Positions 8,537 to 17,630 are shown, counted from the stretch's first letter. The stretch: 32,000 bases of DNA from Erysipelothrix inopinata (GCF_014396165.1 NZ_CP060715.1:90001-122000); one strand, 5' to 3'. Program-made: numbers and translations. Notes: generated by a model not told the origin, from the sequence alone.

Positions 8537-8675
8537 ATGATTCGAGTTTCTCTGTTCCAATATCCTCTCCAAAATCAATCAATTCTGATTGAAAGGATCC
8601 ACCTTCATAGTCTCTGAAGAGATCATAAATAGAAAGTTCTTCATCTTGTTTATTACTGTTAGTTTTCTTATTCAT
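8535..8675 (-). CDS. Small acidic protein, 46 aa (below the ORF-track cutoff)
   Basis: Hand translation: MNKKTNSNKQDEELSIYDLFRDYEGGSFQSELIDFGEDIGTEKLES. GAGGG sits 5 nt upstream of the ATG at 8675. It lies 15 nt downstream of the DJ-1/PfpI stop on the same strand. Confidence 0.4.
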   Translation of the reverse strand: MNKKTNSNKQDEELSIYDLFRDYEGGSFQSELIDFGEDIGTEKLES

Positions 8676-8690
8676 GATTACCCTCTATTT

Positions 8691-9209
8691 TTATTTAAGT
8701 GCCTCAATTAATAGTGGCAGATAGATGTGTAAATCCGGTGGACGACGGCCTGAAACAATATTATCATCTCTAACTGCTGCTTCATCAACCCAAGTCGCAC
8801 CTGCATACATTAGATCATGTTTAATTCCAGGTGTGCTGGTTACTTTACGACCTTCTAAAATTCCAGCCGATGATAAAACCCAGCCCGCATGACAGATCTG
8901 TCCAATCACACGATTATGTTTATCCATGTATTTAACAAATTCCAACACAGAATCTAAGCGTCTCAGATAATCAGGTGCCCAACCACCTGGAATTACCAAG
9001 CCATCATATTCTTCAATATTTACATCTGAAAATGACAAATTTGTTTCGACAGATAATCCATACTTACCTCGATATGAATGGTTTGCAATTTCCCCGGCAA
9101 TATCAACATGACATCCTGCCTCACGAAGACGGATAATTGGATACCACAACTCTAAATCGTCAAAATCCGGACTGACGATTGTTAAAACTTTTTTTCCTAT
9201 TAGTTCCAT
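8691..9209 (-). CDS. DJ-1/PfpI-family protein (class I glutamine-amidotransferase-like fold)
   Basis: Nucleophile elbow ICHAGWVL with the Cys-His pair, GGWAPDYLR, and typical length (172 aa). Confidence 0.85.
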   Translation of the reverse strand: MELIGKKVLTIVSPDFDDLELWYPIIRLREAGCHVDIAGEIANHSYRGKYGLSVETNLSFSDVNIEEYDGLVIPGGWAPDYLRRLDSVLEFVKYMDKHNRVIGQICHAGWVLSSAGILEGRKVTSTPGIKHDLMYAGATWVDEAAVRDDNIVSGRRPPDLHIYLPLLIEALK

Positions 9210-9328
9210 AAGCCCTCCTGACTATAGAGTATCAATCTTCCCATCTCATGTACATTGATATACCCAGTAGTTTCCTTGTCGGATGAGCTTTTTTCGTTTA
9301 TGATTAGTATATTATATGGAGGTATTGT

Positions 9329-10162
9329 ATGTTAACAATCGGATGTCACTTATCATTTGCAAAAGGCTATGAAGCATTAGGAAAAGATGCTTTAGAAATC
9401 GGAGCCAATACATTTCAGTTTTTCACACGAAGTCCACGTGGTGGGAAAGCGAAACCATTAAATTTAGAAGATGTTGAAGCTCTTAATAAAATTATTAAAG
9501 AAAATGATTTCAAACATATTTTAGCGCACGCACCGTATACATTGAATGCTTGTAGCAACAAAGAGTATACCCGTGAATATGCTGAAGAAGTTATGCTAGA
9601 TGATATTTATCGCATGAGTTTTATCAAAGGAAGTCTCTATAACTTTCACCCAGGTAGCCACGTAGGACAAGGGGTTGATGATGCGGTTGTTATGATTAGC
9701 GACATGCTAAATCGCGTTTTAACTCCTGAACAAGAAACAATTGTTCTTCTTGAAACAATGGCCGGTAAAGGTTCAGAAGTTGGCCGAACCTTTGAAGAAC
9801 TCAAGATGATTATTGATCGAGTTGAAGTGAAAGAAAAATTAGGAGTATGTTGGGATACCTGTCATCTTTACGATGCAGGCTATGATTTAGTGAACGACTT
9901 GGATGGTGTCATCGATGATTTTGATCGTATCATCGGTCTCGAGAAACTTCATGCAATTCATATCAATGATAGTAAGAATCCGTTTCATTCTCATAAAGAT
10001 CGCCATGAGAAAATTGGTCAAGGTTCACTGGGTCTAGATACCTTTGTAAACATTATCAATCATCCAAAACTTAAACACCTTCCATTTTATCTTGAAACAC
10101 CTCAAGATGATCTCGAAGGATATAAACAAGAAATTGCACTACTAAGAAAAAACTATAGATGA
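9329..10162 (+). CDS. nfo: Deoxyribonuclease IV (endonuclease IV)
   Basis: TIM-barrel AP-endonuclease motifs: [51 protein letters not shown]...[11 protein letters not shown]. Confidence 0.9.
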   Translation: MLTIGCHLSFAKGYEALGKDALEIGANTFQFFTRSPRGGKAKPLNLEDVEALNKIIKENDFKHILAHAPYTLNACSNKEYTREYAEEVMLDDIYRMSFIKGSLYNFHPGSHVGQGVDDAVVMISDMLNRVLTPEQETIVLLETMAGKGSEVGRTFEELKMIIDRVEVKEKLGVCWDTCHLYDAGYDLVNDLDGVIDDFDRIIGLEKLHAIHINDSKNPFHSHKDRHEKIGQGSLGLDTFVNIINHPKLKHLPFYLETPQDDLEGYKQEIALLRKNYR

Positions 10163-10248
10163 CATCTTACCTGTCATTTATGACAAGATAGCCATAATCC
10201 CTTTAGAATAAGGGATACTTATTTTATAGTGGAATAGGAGGAAGACTT

Positions 10249-10689
10249 TTGAAAATTAAAATAATTGAAAATCCAGATTTAGAAGATGAAGTTATTATTG
10301 AATGTAAAAAGTTAACTCCAGAAATTGAGCAACTCGTTTCCCAATTTCAACCACTTGAAATACGAGTACAACATCGTGGAACCGATTTAACAATTCCAAT
10401 TCATGATATTCTATTTTTTGAAACTGAAGGAGATAATGTCTATGTGCATCTCACTGACATTTCTTATAAATCAAAATACAGACTTTACGAACTGGAAACA
10501 CTACTACCCGATACATTCGCTCGAATTTCAAAGTCGACTATTGTAAATATTAAAAAAATATCAGCAATGGATCATCGACTTACCTCAGCTCGATGCATTC
10601 AATTTGTGAATTCTCATAAGTTAGTTTATGTATCGCGTATGTATTATTCTGATGTAAAAAACAAATTAGAAAGAAGGAGTTTATTATGA
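10249..10689 (+). CDS. Stand-alone LytTR-domain DNA-binding protein (no receiver domain)
   Basis: LytTR core IPIHDILFFETEGDNVYVHLTDISYKSKYRLYELETLLPDTFARISKSTIVNIKKI. TTG start 9 nt after AGGAGG. Only 146 aa, so there is no room for a REC domain. Confidence 0.8.
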   Translation: MKIKIIENPDLEDEVIIECKKLTPEIEQLVSQFQPLEIRVQHRGTDLTIPIHDILFFETEGDNVYVHLTDISYKSKYRLYELETLLPDTFARISKSTIVNIKKISAMDHRLTSARCIQFVNSHKLVYVSRMYYSDVKNKLERRSLL

Positions 10690-11405
10690 AAAAAAGAGAT
10701 TTTTTCTGGGGATCGTTCTTTATTGTTATTGCGGTAATTCTCATTGGTAATATCTTTGACTTATTCTATGTAGGTGAAGGGCTATTCCAAATTATTATCA
10801 CAATCTTCCTGATTGCACTCGCAATTAGTAACTTACCTGAAATGAGGTTCTATGGAATTATCATGCCGCTCGCTGTCGCACTTGTATTGAATCAAAGCTA
10901 CTTTGGCATGAGAAATAACTTCTGGTGGATTTTATGGGCTGGATTCTTCCTCAGTGCTGGTTTATCCCTCATCTTCAAACCAAAAAGACAAAAATACTTT
11001 GAAAAAGAATTTATTAATGCTGATGGAGGCTTTGAATCCTATGACGAATTCAAGTCAGGAGATAGCGAAAATGCTGACTTCGTAAGAATCAGTACTAACT
11101 TCGCTGATCGTACACGCTACTTACATTCTTCAAATTTCAAGGGCGGTTATATCGAAAACAACTTTGGTTCGGTCCGTGTTTACTTTGACCAATGTGCACT
11201 TAGCGAGACAGGAGCCAATGTTCAAATCGACTGTAACTTCGGTCAAATTCTTCTTTACATTCCTGCAACAATGCCGGTTATCAACAATATTCATTCAACT
11301 CTAGGTTCAGTAACTGATGAATTCAGACGTACTGAAGTTTCGGGTCCAACACTCGTCCTTCATGGTGATGTAACCTTTGGTAATGTAAAGATTATCTATA
11401 TCTAA
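10686..11405 (+). CDS. Membrane protein with 4 N-terminal TM helices and a LiaF-like (DUF2154-type) C-terminal beta-rich domain
   Basis: ATGA overlap with the LytTR gene. The C-terminus GSVRVYFDQCALSETGANVQIDCNFGQILLYIPATMPV...LVLHGDVTFGNVKIIYI resembles the repeated GD-I-I/IyiP pattern of LiaF/YvqF as I recall it. The domain call is by eye only. Confidence 0.6.
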   Translation: MKKRDFFWGSFFIVIAVILIGNIFDLFYVGEGLFQIIITIFLIALAISNLPEMRFYGIIMPLAVALVLNQSYFGMRNNFWWILWAGFFLSAGLSLIFKPKRQKYFEKEFINADGGFESYDEFKSGDSENADFVRISTNFADRTRYLHSSNFKGGYIENNFGSVRVYFDQCALSETGANVQIDCNFGQILLYIPATMPVINNIHSTLGSVTDEFRRTEVSGPTLVLHGDVTFGNVKIIYI

Positions 11406-11408
11406 TTA

Positions 11409-11432
11409 AAACTCGGGAAACCGAGTTTTTTC
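11409..11432 (+). terminator. Rho-independent terminator
   Basis: AAACTCGG-gaaa-CCGAGTTT followed by a T-run. Confidence 0.85.
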
Positions 11433-11440
11433 TTACATTA

Positions 11441-11462
11441 TTGTTCGCTTACTGTTCGTTTC
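11441..11462 (+). repeat. 11-nt-period direct repeat (TTGTTCGCTTA / CTGTTCGTTTC) upstream of the BceB-like permease gene
   Basis: TGTTCG occurs at 11442-11447 and 11453-11458. It lies just upstream of a poor -35 (TGGTTC), then 17 nt, then TATGAT (about 11491-11496). The repeat is directly visible; its function as an activator site is inferred. Confidence 0.4.
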
Positions 11463-11515
11463 ATCAATGGTTCCAACCAAGCTGAAAAGCTATGATTAAT
11501 CATGGAGGAACCCCT

Positions 11516-13309
11516 ATGAAACTTGCATTTAAAAACGTACAAAAAAGCTTTCGCGACTACAGCATCTATTTTTTAACCTTAACACTGTCAGTCGCATTCT
11601 TTTATGCCTTTAACGCATTTGAGGCACAACCTTCCATTCAAGCCCTGTCAGAAAATACAACTTCTGCCGCACGATCTCTTGTAAGACTTGTTGGATTAAT
11701 ATCAGTCGTAATCTCTTGTGTCCTATTCGGACTCATTCTTTACGCCAATCAATTTATCATGAATAAACGAAAGAAAGAAATGGCACTCTATCAACTGATG
11801 GGAGCCAGACATACCTTCACGCGAAATCTCTTATTAATGGAAAACATCATCGTTGGAAGCCTATCATTATTGGTCGGTCTTACCTTTGGAATTTTGTTTT
11901 CTTTCATTGTTTATCGTGCAACCGTACCACTAATACCTTTGTCAACAAACTATGGTTTTAAAATATCACTATCCAGTCTCTATCAGACATGTTTATCATT
12001 TAGCCTCAGTTTTATTCTTGTATCCATGATTGCTGCATTCTCACTCCAAAAACAAAAAGTTATCAATTTAATCCAGGCTCATCGAAAAAACAGTGTTATC
12101 AAAGAAAACCTTAATTTCACAATCGTAATCTTTATACTTTCTCTGAGTTGTCTAGGTTATACCTATTATTGGGCACTGCAGCCTTCAGAACTTCTAAAAC
12201 ATATGCCTATGATTATAATTCTAGGTTCTCTATCAACGTATGGTTTATTCAAATCCTTTGGAAATCTGTTGTTCTTTTGGAACCAAAAACACAAACCACG
12301 TTTCTTCAAAAACCTTAATCCAGTCGTATTTAGAAGTATCAGCAGCCATCTATCAACAACCACCAAAATAATGACAATGATCTGCCTCATGCTACTTCTA
12401 GGAATGGGAGCATTTGCTACTACCTCAAATATGAGTCTTACCATAAAAGCTAAAGTAGATTCACTGCCATATGCAACTTCTGTTATTTCGCATGAAAATT
12501 CTCAATCCAATGGAGATTTAAACATCCATGTTATTTCTGAATTCAATACCGAAACACTTTCTAGCCACAATATAATAAGTTATGATGATTTTAAGAATTA
12601 CGAAAGATACCACCATTTGGAGTCACTCAAGGTTGATCAATTTCCAATCCTCATTGTGACAGGAATCCACGATACTTCGATGAAATTTCCTCAAGTCGAT
12701 TTAGCCCACGACTATACAGATCGAAACTTCCCAAATCTCACCAATATGGAAATCATCGATGGCCCACTCCTCATCGTAGAAAGTCTTCCTGAACATTCGA
12801 GTTCGCCGCTTACAACCATTAACAACTATACTCATGAAACCACTCCGCTAAACAATGATGAGTCAACAGTGACGATTCAAAGAGCAGAGATGATGTTGGA
12901 GTTACAAGGTGTCATTCTTCTCTTTACTTATGTTGGGCTCTTTGTAGGCTTTATTTTCATCACTGCTTCTCTTGCATTGATTGCCCTTCAACAACTGTAC
13001 TCAAGCAAGGAAAAAGCTGAAGATTATCTTATTCTGTCTTATATGGGAGCAACACAATCAATGATTAGGAGATCTCTCTTCAAAGATCTCTTCATATCCT
13101 TTGGTCTGCCTCTCACATTGGCTCTTATACATACCTTATTCGGACTGAGAATCATGGAAGTTAACCTAGCTCTAGGTGGCTTAAATTCGATTTCATACAT
13201 TCCTGCAATAATTTCAATAACAGTATGTTTGATAATTTATTGTATATATTTTAGTGTTACCTATGTTCTTAGTTATCAAACCATCAAAAAAAGAAGCCTC
13301 ACACACTAA
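11516..13309 (+). CDS. BceB-type (FtsX-domain) ABC transporter permease, no adjacent ATPase gene
   Basis: Start at the ATG at 11516 after GGAGGA. N-terminus MKLAFKNVQKSFRDYSIYFLTLTLSVAFFYAF is typical of BceB/YxdM-type permeases. About 10 TM segments, with a hydrophilic loop of about 150 aa (KAKVDSLPYATSV...TIQRAEMM) before the last TM bundle. Confidence 0.75.
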   Translation: MKLAFKNVQKSFRDYSIYFLTLTLSVAFFYAFNAFEAQPSIQALSENTTSAARSLVRLVGLISVVISCVLFGLILYANQFIMNKRKKEMALYQLMGARHTFTRNLLLMENIIVGSLSLLVGLTFGILFSFIVYRATVPLIPLSTNYGFKISLSSLYQTCLSFSLSFILVSMIAAFSLQKQKVINLIQAHRKNSVIKENLNFTIVIFILSLSCLGYTYYWALQPSELLKHMPMIIILGSLSTYGLFKSFGNLLFFWNQKHKPRFFKNLNPVVFRSISSHLSTTTKIMTMICLMLLLGMGAFATTSNMSLTIKAKVDSLPYATSVISHENSQSNGDLNIHVISEFNTETLSSHNIISYDDFKNYERYHHLESLKVDQFPILIVTGIHDTSMKFPQVDLAHDYTDRNFPNLTNMEIIDGPLLIVESLPEHSSSPLTTINNYTHETTPLNNDESTVTIQRAEMMLELQGVILLFTYVGLFVGFIFITASLALIALQQLYSSKEKAEDYLILSYMGATQSMIRRSLFKDLFISFGLPLTLALIHTLFGLRIMEVNLALGGLNSISYIPAIISITVCLIIYCIYFSVTYVLSYQTIKKRSLTH

Positions 13310-13310
13310 A

Positions 13311-13336
13311 ATAAGCTCACAATTATGTGAGCTTAT
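13311..13336. terminator. Bidirectional terminator hairpin
   Basis: Perfect 11-bp stem ATAAGCTCACA-atta-TGTGAGCTTAT flanked by A/T runs. The stop codon of the convergent DUF1294 gene lies inside it. Confidence 0.8.
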
Positions 13337-13602
13337 TTAATGATATTTAGTATATTAACATAGAGTGCAAGACTTGCGAGAAAAGCAATTCCTATTTTAA
13401 ATTGGAAAGAACGCTTCTTCGTTTTATGACGAAACATTGAGCCACCTACTACAATTCCAACGATGCCACCAAGTAACGTAACAAACATAAATGTTACCTC
13501 CGAAATTCGTGGCTGATGCTTCAAGGCACGACTCTTATCACGCTTCATCAAATAAAACCCTAAAATATTCATCAAAGTTATTACACTATATATAATGTAC
13601 AT
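13333..13602 (-). CDS. DUF1294-family small membrane protein
   Basis: MKRDKSRALKHQPRISEVTFMFVTLLGGIVGIVVGGSMFRHKTKKRSF matches the DUF1294 signature as I recall it (DK..A......RI.E..L......GG..G......FRHKT.K..F). GAGG RBS. Confidence 0.75.
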   Translation of the reverse strand: MYIIYSVITLMNILGFYLMKRDKSRALKHQPRISEVTFMFVTLLGGIVGIVVGGSMFRHKTKKRSFQFKIGIAFLASLALYVNILNIIK

Positions 13603-13649
13603 TTTCTTACCTCTATAATTTCACTGCTTTTATTATAGCCGAGTTTCAC

Positions 13650-14207
13650 TTACTTTGATTTCTTTTTTGATTTTAGGTAGATTTCTCGGTAAAATTCAAA
13701 TTCATCATAGAGGGTTTCGACATTATATCCTTTTAAAGTATTCGCAGATATTGATATTACAGAGTAACCCATCTTTTGATTTGCCTTCGCACCAACTCTC
13801 ATTGAAGTACTCATGCTTGCAAGATATTCTTCCTCGTTTGTTAAATCAATGCATAAAAATGATTCAGAAAGGAGATCTCTTACTTCCATTGACGATACCT
13901 TATCCCATGCGATAAATGGCATTCTCTTAGAATAACTTTGTTTACGATTAACAAATCCCTCAGTACTGAGTTCAAGTACTGGTTTCCTAACAAAAACCTG
14001 TTTAAAACAAAAGAACGTTCCCATTGCAAAGAATGCAAATCCTATAATACCGATCGCCACCATACCAACTTTACGAGCACCTTCGAGTTCCCACGCCATA
14101 TTAAATATTACGACAGACAGAAGTGCCATCATTAAAGCCAAAAAACCAAGCAAGACATTCTTTATAATTCCTTCATATATTTTTAAATCATCAATCTTTT
14201 TTTCCAT
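13650..14207 (-). CDS. Hypothetical 2-TM membrane protein with a soluble C-terminal domain
   Basis: Start placed at the ATG at 14207 (AGGTGA 5 nt upstream). Two hydrophobic helices, then a domain of about 110 aa (PVLELSTEGFVNRK...IAWDKVSSMEVRD...) with a possible bacterial PH-like topology. No terminator before the DUF1294 gene, so the two are probably co-transcribed. Confidence 0.6.
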   Translation of the reverse strand: MEKKIDDLKIYEGIIKNVLLGFLALMMALLSVVIFNMAWELEGARKVGMVAIGIIGFAFFAMGTFFCFKQVFVRKPVLELSTEGFVNRKQSYSKRMPFIAWDKVSSMEVRDLLSESFLCIDLTNEEEYLASMSTSMRVGAKANQKMGYSVISISANTLKGYNVETLYDEFEFYREIYLKSKKKSK

Positions 14208-14280
14208 TTTTATCACCTACCAAATTGTATCATACCCCTTTAAGTATGTGATGATTTCTAAGTGAAACTTAAATTAGAAA

Positions 14281-14306
14281 GAAGATGACTCTCGAGAATC
14301 ATCTTC
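14281..14306 (-). terminator. Terminator hairpin after chbG
   Basis: GAAGATGA-ctctcgagaa-TCATCTTC, with an inner TCTCGAGA palindrome. On the minus strand it is followed by TTTCTAATTT. Confidence 0.5.
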
Positions 14307-14311
14307 CTTTG

Positions 14312-15061
14312 TTATAGTTTTGAGTAATTCACAAGCTCAATATTTTCTATTTCTTTGAGTCTCTTAGAAAAATCTGAATGAATCAGGAACTCAGTCACGT
14401 TAACACGATTTCTTAACAATGCTGATCCTTCAAAGATATCATAATCCAAATATCCAGGATGACACATAACTTCAACACTATCGTGAGTTTGAATCACATC
14501 AATAAGGTTGTTTAAATAGACTTGGATTCGCGATTCTTTTTCAGCACCAACATGGTCAAAGAGTGGCTCGAAATAACTGGTATGTCTGATATCTTCAGGT
14601 ATTTCAAAATTATTTCGAATTGGTAGATGATACTTTCTTGCTAACCGAATAATTACTGCGTTTTGTTTTGGAAAACTATGAACATGATGGTGGCTGTCTA
14701 AATGTGTTGGGGCAATGCCAGCTTCAATGATTTTCTTAATTTGAGCATCCCATTCTTCATATACCTCATCAATATCATATAAATTATCATTTTCAAAGAA
14801 TGATAGCTTTTTAAACATTCCCTTCTCATCCACAATGGTCTTATGATTTTTCAATAGTGGATAACCACACGTTAACGTTAGATGAACACCAATTCCTAAA
14901 TTGGGGTTGTCCTTTGACAGAGATACGGCATGATCAAATCCAGGCATCGCAGCCATCAATGTTGTGGATGTAAGAATCCCAAGACGATGCGAATCCACGA
15001 TTGCATAATTCATACCTCGGCTATAACCAAAGTCATCAGCATTAAAGATTACTTTTCCCAT
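14312..15061 (-). CDS. chbG: ChbG/YdjC-family carbohydrate deacetylase
   Basis: N-terminus IFNADDFGYSRGMNYAIVDSHRLGILTSTTLM and HLDSHHHVH are YdjC/ChbG hallmarks. Overlaps the EIIC gene by 20 nt. Confidence 0.85.
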   Translation of the reverse strand: MGKVIFNADDFGYSRGMNYAIVDSHRLGILTSTTLMAAMPGFDHAVSLSKDNPNLGIGVHLTLTCGYPLLKNHKTIVDEKGMFKKLSFFENDNLYDIDEVYEEWDAQIKKIIEAGIAPTHLDSHHHVHSFPKQNAVIIRLARKYHLPIRNNFEIPEDIRHTSYFEPLFDHVGAEKESRIQVYLNNLIDVIQTHDSVEVMCHPGYLDYDIFEGSALLRNRVNVTEFLIHSDFSKRLKEIENIELVNYSKL

Positions 15062-16280
15062 CTAATTCTCCTTGTTGTTTGTAATTTCGAACATATTTTT
15101 TCGTTGCTGGTAAATAAATACAGATTACGATTATCGCCAATATAATTTCAAATAGTAGTGTTTTCAAATCACCACCAGTACCGATGAGTCCCTTGATTCC
15201 AAACGGAATAAACCATGGAACTGCATAGATATATGGTTTCATTAGTCCAATAGAGGTTAAGAAATACGCCAGGGTGCTGGTTACCATAGGTGCCAAAATA
15301 AATGCCATTTTGAAGTCATCATTCATAATAATCGGAATTCCAAAAATTAACGGCTCATTAATATTAAATACTGAAGATACACTTGCATTATCAAGAACAT
15401 CGATTCGTTTCTCTTTTCTTACAAGATAATAACTGAGTAAGAGCCCACCGGTTAACCCAGCACCACTCACAGCAACAAAATTTGTATAGAATGTCGCATT
15501 AATAATAAACCGTGCTTCATAGCCATTTGCATGTGCATGCATGTTAAATAATGTTGCTAAAATAATTGCTGGTTCAAACAGTGCAGAAATGAGTGCGTCA
15601 CCGTGCATTCCTTGATACCAAAAATGTTGCATCATAAATACAAATATAAGAAATACGACTGGATACTGGTAAAGTTTAAACACCCCTTCGAAAAGTATTC
15701 GATGCATTGGGGTAATCACATCAATACCTACCGCTTTAATCACGATAACGATTAAGAAAACAACCAATAATCCAAAGCATAAGTTAAGAATACTTTTTAA
15801 ACTTGAAATTATTGAGGTAGGTATTTGTTTACGCGTTCCTTTAAATAAGTAAGAATTAATTCTTTCTATGCCCTGATAAATTAGTACTGATACGACAGGT
15901 AATACTATCGCTCCAGCAAGTGTTTCTATTTTCAAAAACGCTTGAAAATCGCGATCAGATTGATAGATAATTCCAGTCCATAAGCAGAGACTCATCATAA
16001 TAATATGAATCGTCTCAAACTTATATGCCTGTGCACAATAGTATCCAACAGATATAACTGTTAGAAACGGTAAGAGTGCCATAAAGCCGTTTAGGATTGT
16101 TTTCGGTTCCCACCCTTGCATCCACGACACGCCCATAAAACTTGTTGATACGTTTTGGAATATCATGAGGAGGGACAATCCAAAAAGAATCGTTAGGAGG
16201 GTACTTGCGTAGTTGTGAATCGCATTGATGATTCGAACTTCTTTGAGTTTATATAAAACTTTTTCGATATCTGATAACAT
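15042..16280 (-). CDS. PTS EIIC component, lactose/cellobiose (type 3) family
   Basis: Polytopic protein. FNINEPLIFGIPIIMNDDF...VPWFIPFGIKG matches the ChbC/CelB motif QINEPILFGLPIIMNP...APWTMP. No EIIB or EIIA gene is present in the operon. Confidence 0.85.
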   Translation of the reverse strand: MLSDIEKVLYKLKEVRIINAIHNYASTLLTILFGLSLLMIFQNVSTSFMGVSWMQGWEPKTILNGFMALLPFLTVISVGYYCAQAYKFETIHIIMMSLCLWTGIIYQSDRDFQAFLKIETLAGAIVLPVVSVLIYQGIERINSYLFKGTRKQIPTSIISSLKSILNLCFGLLVVFLIVIVIKAVGIDVITPMHRILFEGVFKLYQYPVVFLIFVFMMQHFWYQGMHGDALISALFEPAIILATLFNMHAHANGYEARFIINATFYTNFVAVSGAGLTGGLLLSYYLVRKEKRIDVLDNASVSSVFNINEPLIFGIPIIMNDDFKMAFILAPMVTSTLAYFLTSIGLMKPYIYAVPWFIPFGIKGLIGTGGDLKTLLFEIILAIIVICIYLPATKKYVRNYKQQGELDGKSNL

Positions 16281-17605
16281 TATCGAAGTTCAGGCCAGTA
16301 CCCTCTATTAGCTTCAATGAGTGCATCTAGCACTTGTTTTGCAACTAACATAGAAGGTACCGTTTGGTTCAATGTGAATGCTTGTAATGCTTTAAGATAT
16401 GATTGTTCAAAGAAGGCATCAACCCATAATTTTTCTGAAGCTACTTGCGCTTCCATTAATCCTTTATGGAAATCACAAATAGGTGTTGCAAGACGAATTG
16501 GTTCAACACCTTTTGAACTCACATATGCAGGCACTTCTACTACTGCATCTGCTCTTAAGTTCATAATTGCACCTTGATTTACAACGATTAGATTAAATCG
16601 TTTATTGAGGTCTTGATGCAACGATACCGCAATATCAATAATATATTGTCCATGAATTTCATTCTCCATATTATATGATTTCAAATCTTCCTCTGATTGA
16701 GACTCAATCGCTTCATAGAATCGTTGCATGTATTGATCTCGGCCATCCATGACATAATTAGCACGAGTATAGTTCTTATTTGCTTTCGCTACTTTTTCAT
16801 CACCCATTAGGTAATACTCGAGGTAATTATTAGGAATGCTATCTGGGAAGTATGAAATCATTCGACCCAAATTCACGTAAGTTTCTTTCCAGCTGTCATC
16901 ACCTTCATTGAGCCAAACACCGTCTTTGAGTGCACGCTCAATAATATCTGGAAGGACATCTCTATCTTCATGTTTATCATAAATAGAACGGAACCAACCA
17001 AAGTGATTCAAACCATAATATTCAGGTACCCATGCGTCATGATCATATTCATATATATCCGCCAATGTTTTACTGATGCTAATCGCCATATCACAGGCAT
17101 TAATAATTTTTGCTTCAGGATAGGCGCGTCGTACTGCTTCAGAAATTATTGTTTCGGGGTTTGTGTAGTTTAAGATCCATGCATTTGGAGCATAGCGAAT
17201 ACACTCACCAACTAAATCAAGAAATTGATTCATTGAGCGCATGCCATACGCAAATCCACCAACACCACACGTTTCTTGACCTACGAGACCAAACTCTAAT
17301 GGAATTTTTTCATCAAGTTCACGCATTTTTAATCCACCTGCACGAATTTGTGAAAAAATATAATCGACTCCTGTAAAGGCAACTTCTGGATCCGTTGTTT
17401 CAACAATCACTGTATCTTTTCCTGCCTTTTTCAGTAAGTAATCGACAATAACATAGGTACGATGATTTTTAGATTCTGATATATCATACAAACGAATTTC
17501 TTTAACAGGAAATTGTTCTTTCACTGTCAACATAGCTTGGATAATTCCAGGTGTATAAGTACTCCCTGCACCAGCTATACAAATAACTATTGGTTCTGTT
17601 TTCAT
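16280..17605 (-). CDS. GH4 6-phospho-glycosidase, closest by eye to 6-phospho-alpha-glucosidase (GlvA/MalH type)
   Basis: IAGAGSTYTPGII, IRAGGLKMRELDEKIPLEFGLVGQETCGVGGFAYGMRS, NACDMA (GlvA ICDMP), YGLNHFGW, TRANYVMD, and a C-terminal YWPELR (GlvA YWPELH). Confidence 0.85.
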   Translation of the reverse strand: MKTEPIVICIAGAGSTYTPGIIQAMLTVKEQFPVKEIRLYDISESKNHRTYVIVDYLLKKAGKDTVIVETTDPEVAFTGVDYIFSQIRAGGLKMRELDEKIPLEFGLVGQETCGVGGFAYGMRSMNQFLDLVGECIRYAPNAWILNYTNPETIISEAVRRAYPEAKIINACDMAISISKTLADIYEYDHDAWVPEYYGLNHFGWFRSIYDKHEDRDVLPDIIERALKDGVWLNEGDDSWKETYVNLGRMISYFPDSIPNNYLEYYLMGDEKVAKANKNYTRANYVMDGRDQYMQRFYEAIESQSEEDLKSYNMENEIHGQYIIDIAVSLHQDLNKRFNLIVVNQGAIMNLRADAVVEVPAYVSSKGVEPIRLATPICDFHKGLMEAQVASEKLWVDAFFEQSYLKALQAFTLNQTVPSMLVAKQVLDALIEANRGYWPELR

Positions 17606-17630
17606 AGTTTTGTTAACCTCTCTCGCTTTC

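Noticed and set aside
10160-10216. TGACA-N7-TGTCAT-tt-ATGACA motif cluster and ATCCCTT/AAGGGAT hairpin upstream of the LytTR gene, considered as the LytTR autoregulatory operator
   Set aside because: LytTR proteins characteristically bind direct, not inverted, repeats. These elements start at the nfo stop codon and are at least as well explained as a weak nfo terminator. They also overlap a mediocre TTTAGA-17-TATAGT promoter (10202-10230). The evidence is too ambiguous to call.
13333-14207. DUF1294 + 2-TM/PH-like protein pair, bracketed by terminators, considered as a toxin/immunity or defence cassette
   Set aside because: Neither product has a nuclease, ATPase or toxin-like motif, and both are small membrane proteins of widespread unknown-function families. 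Nothing in the sequence supports a defence role.
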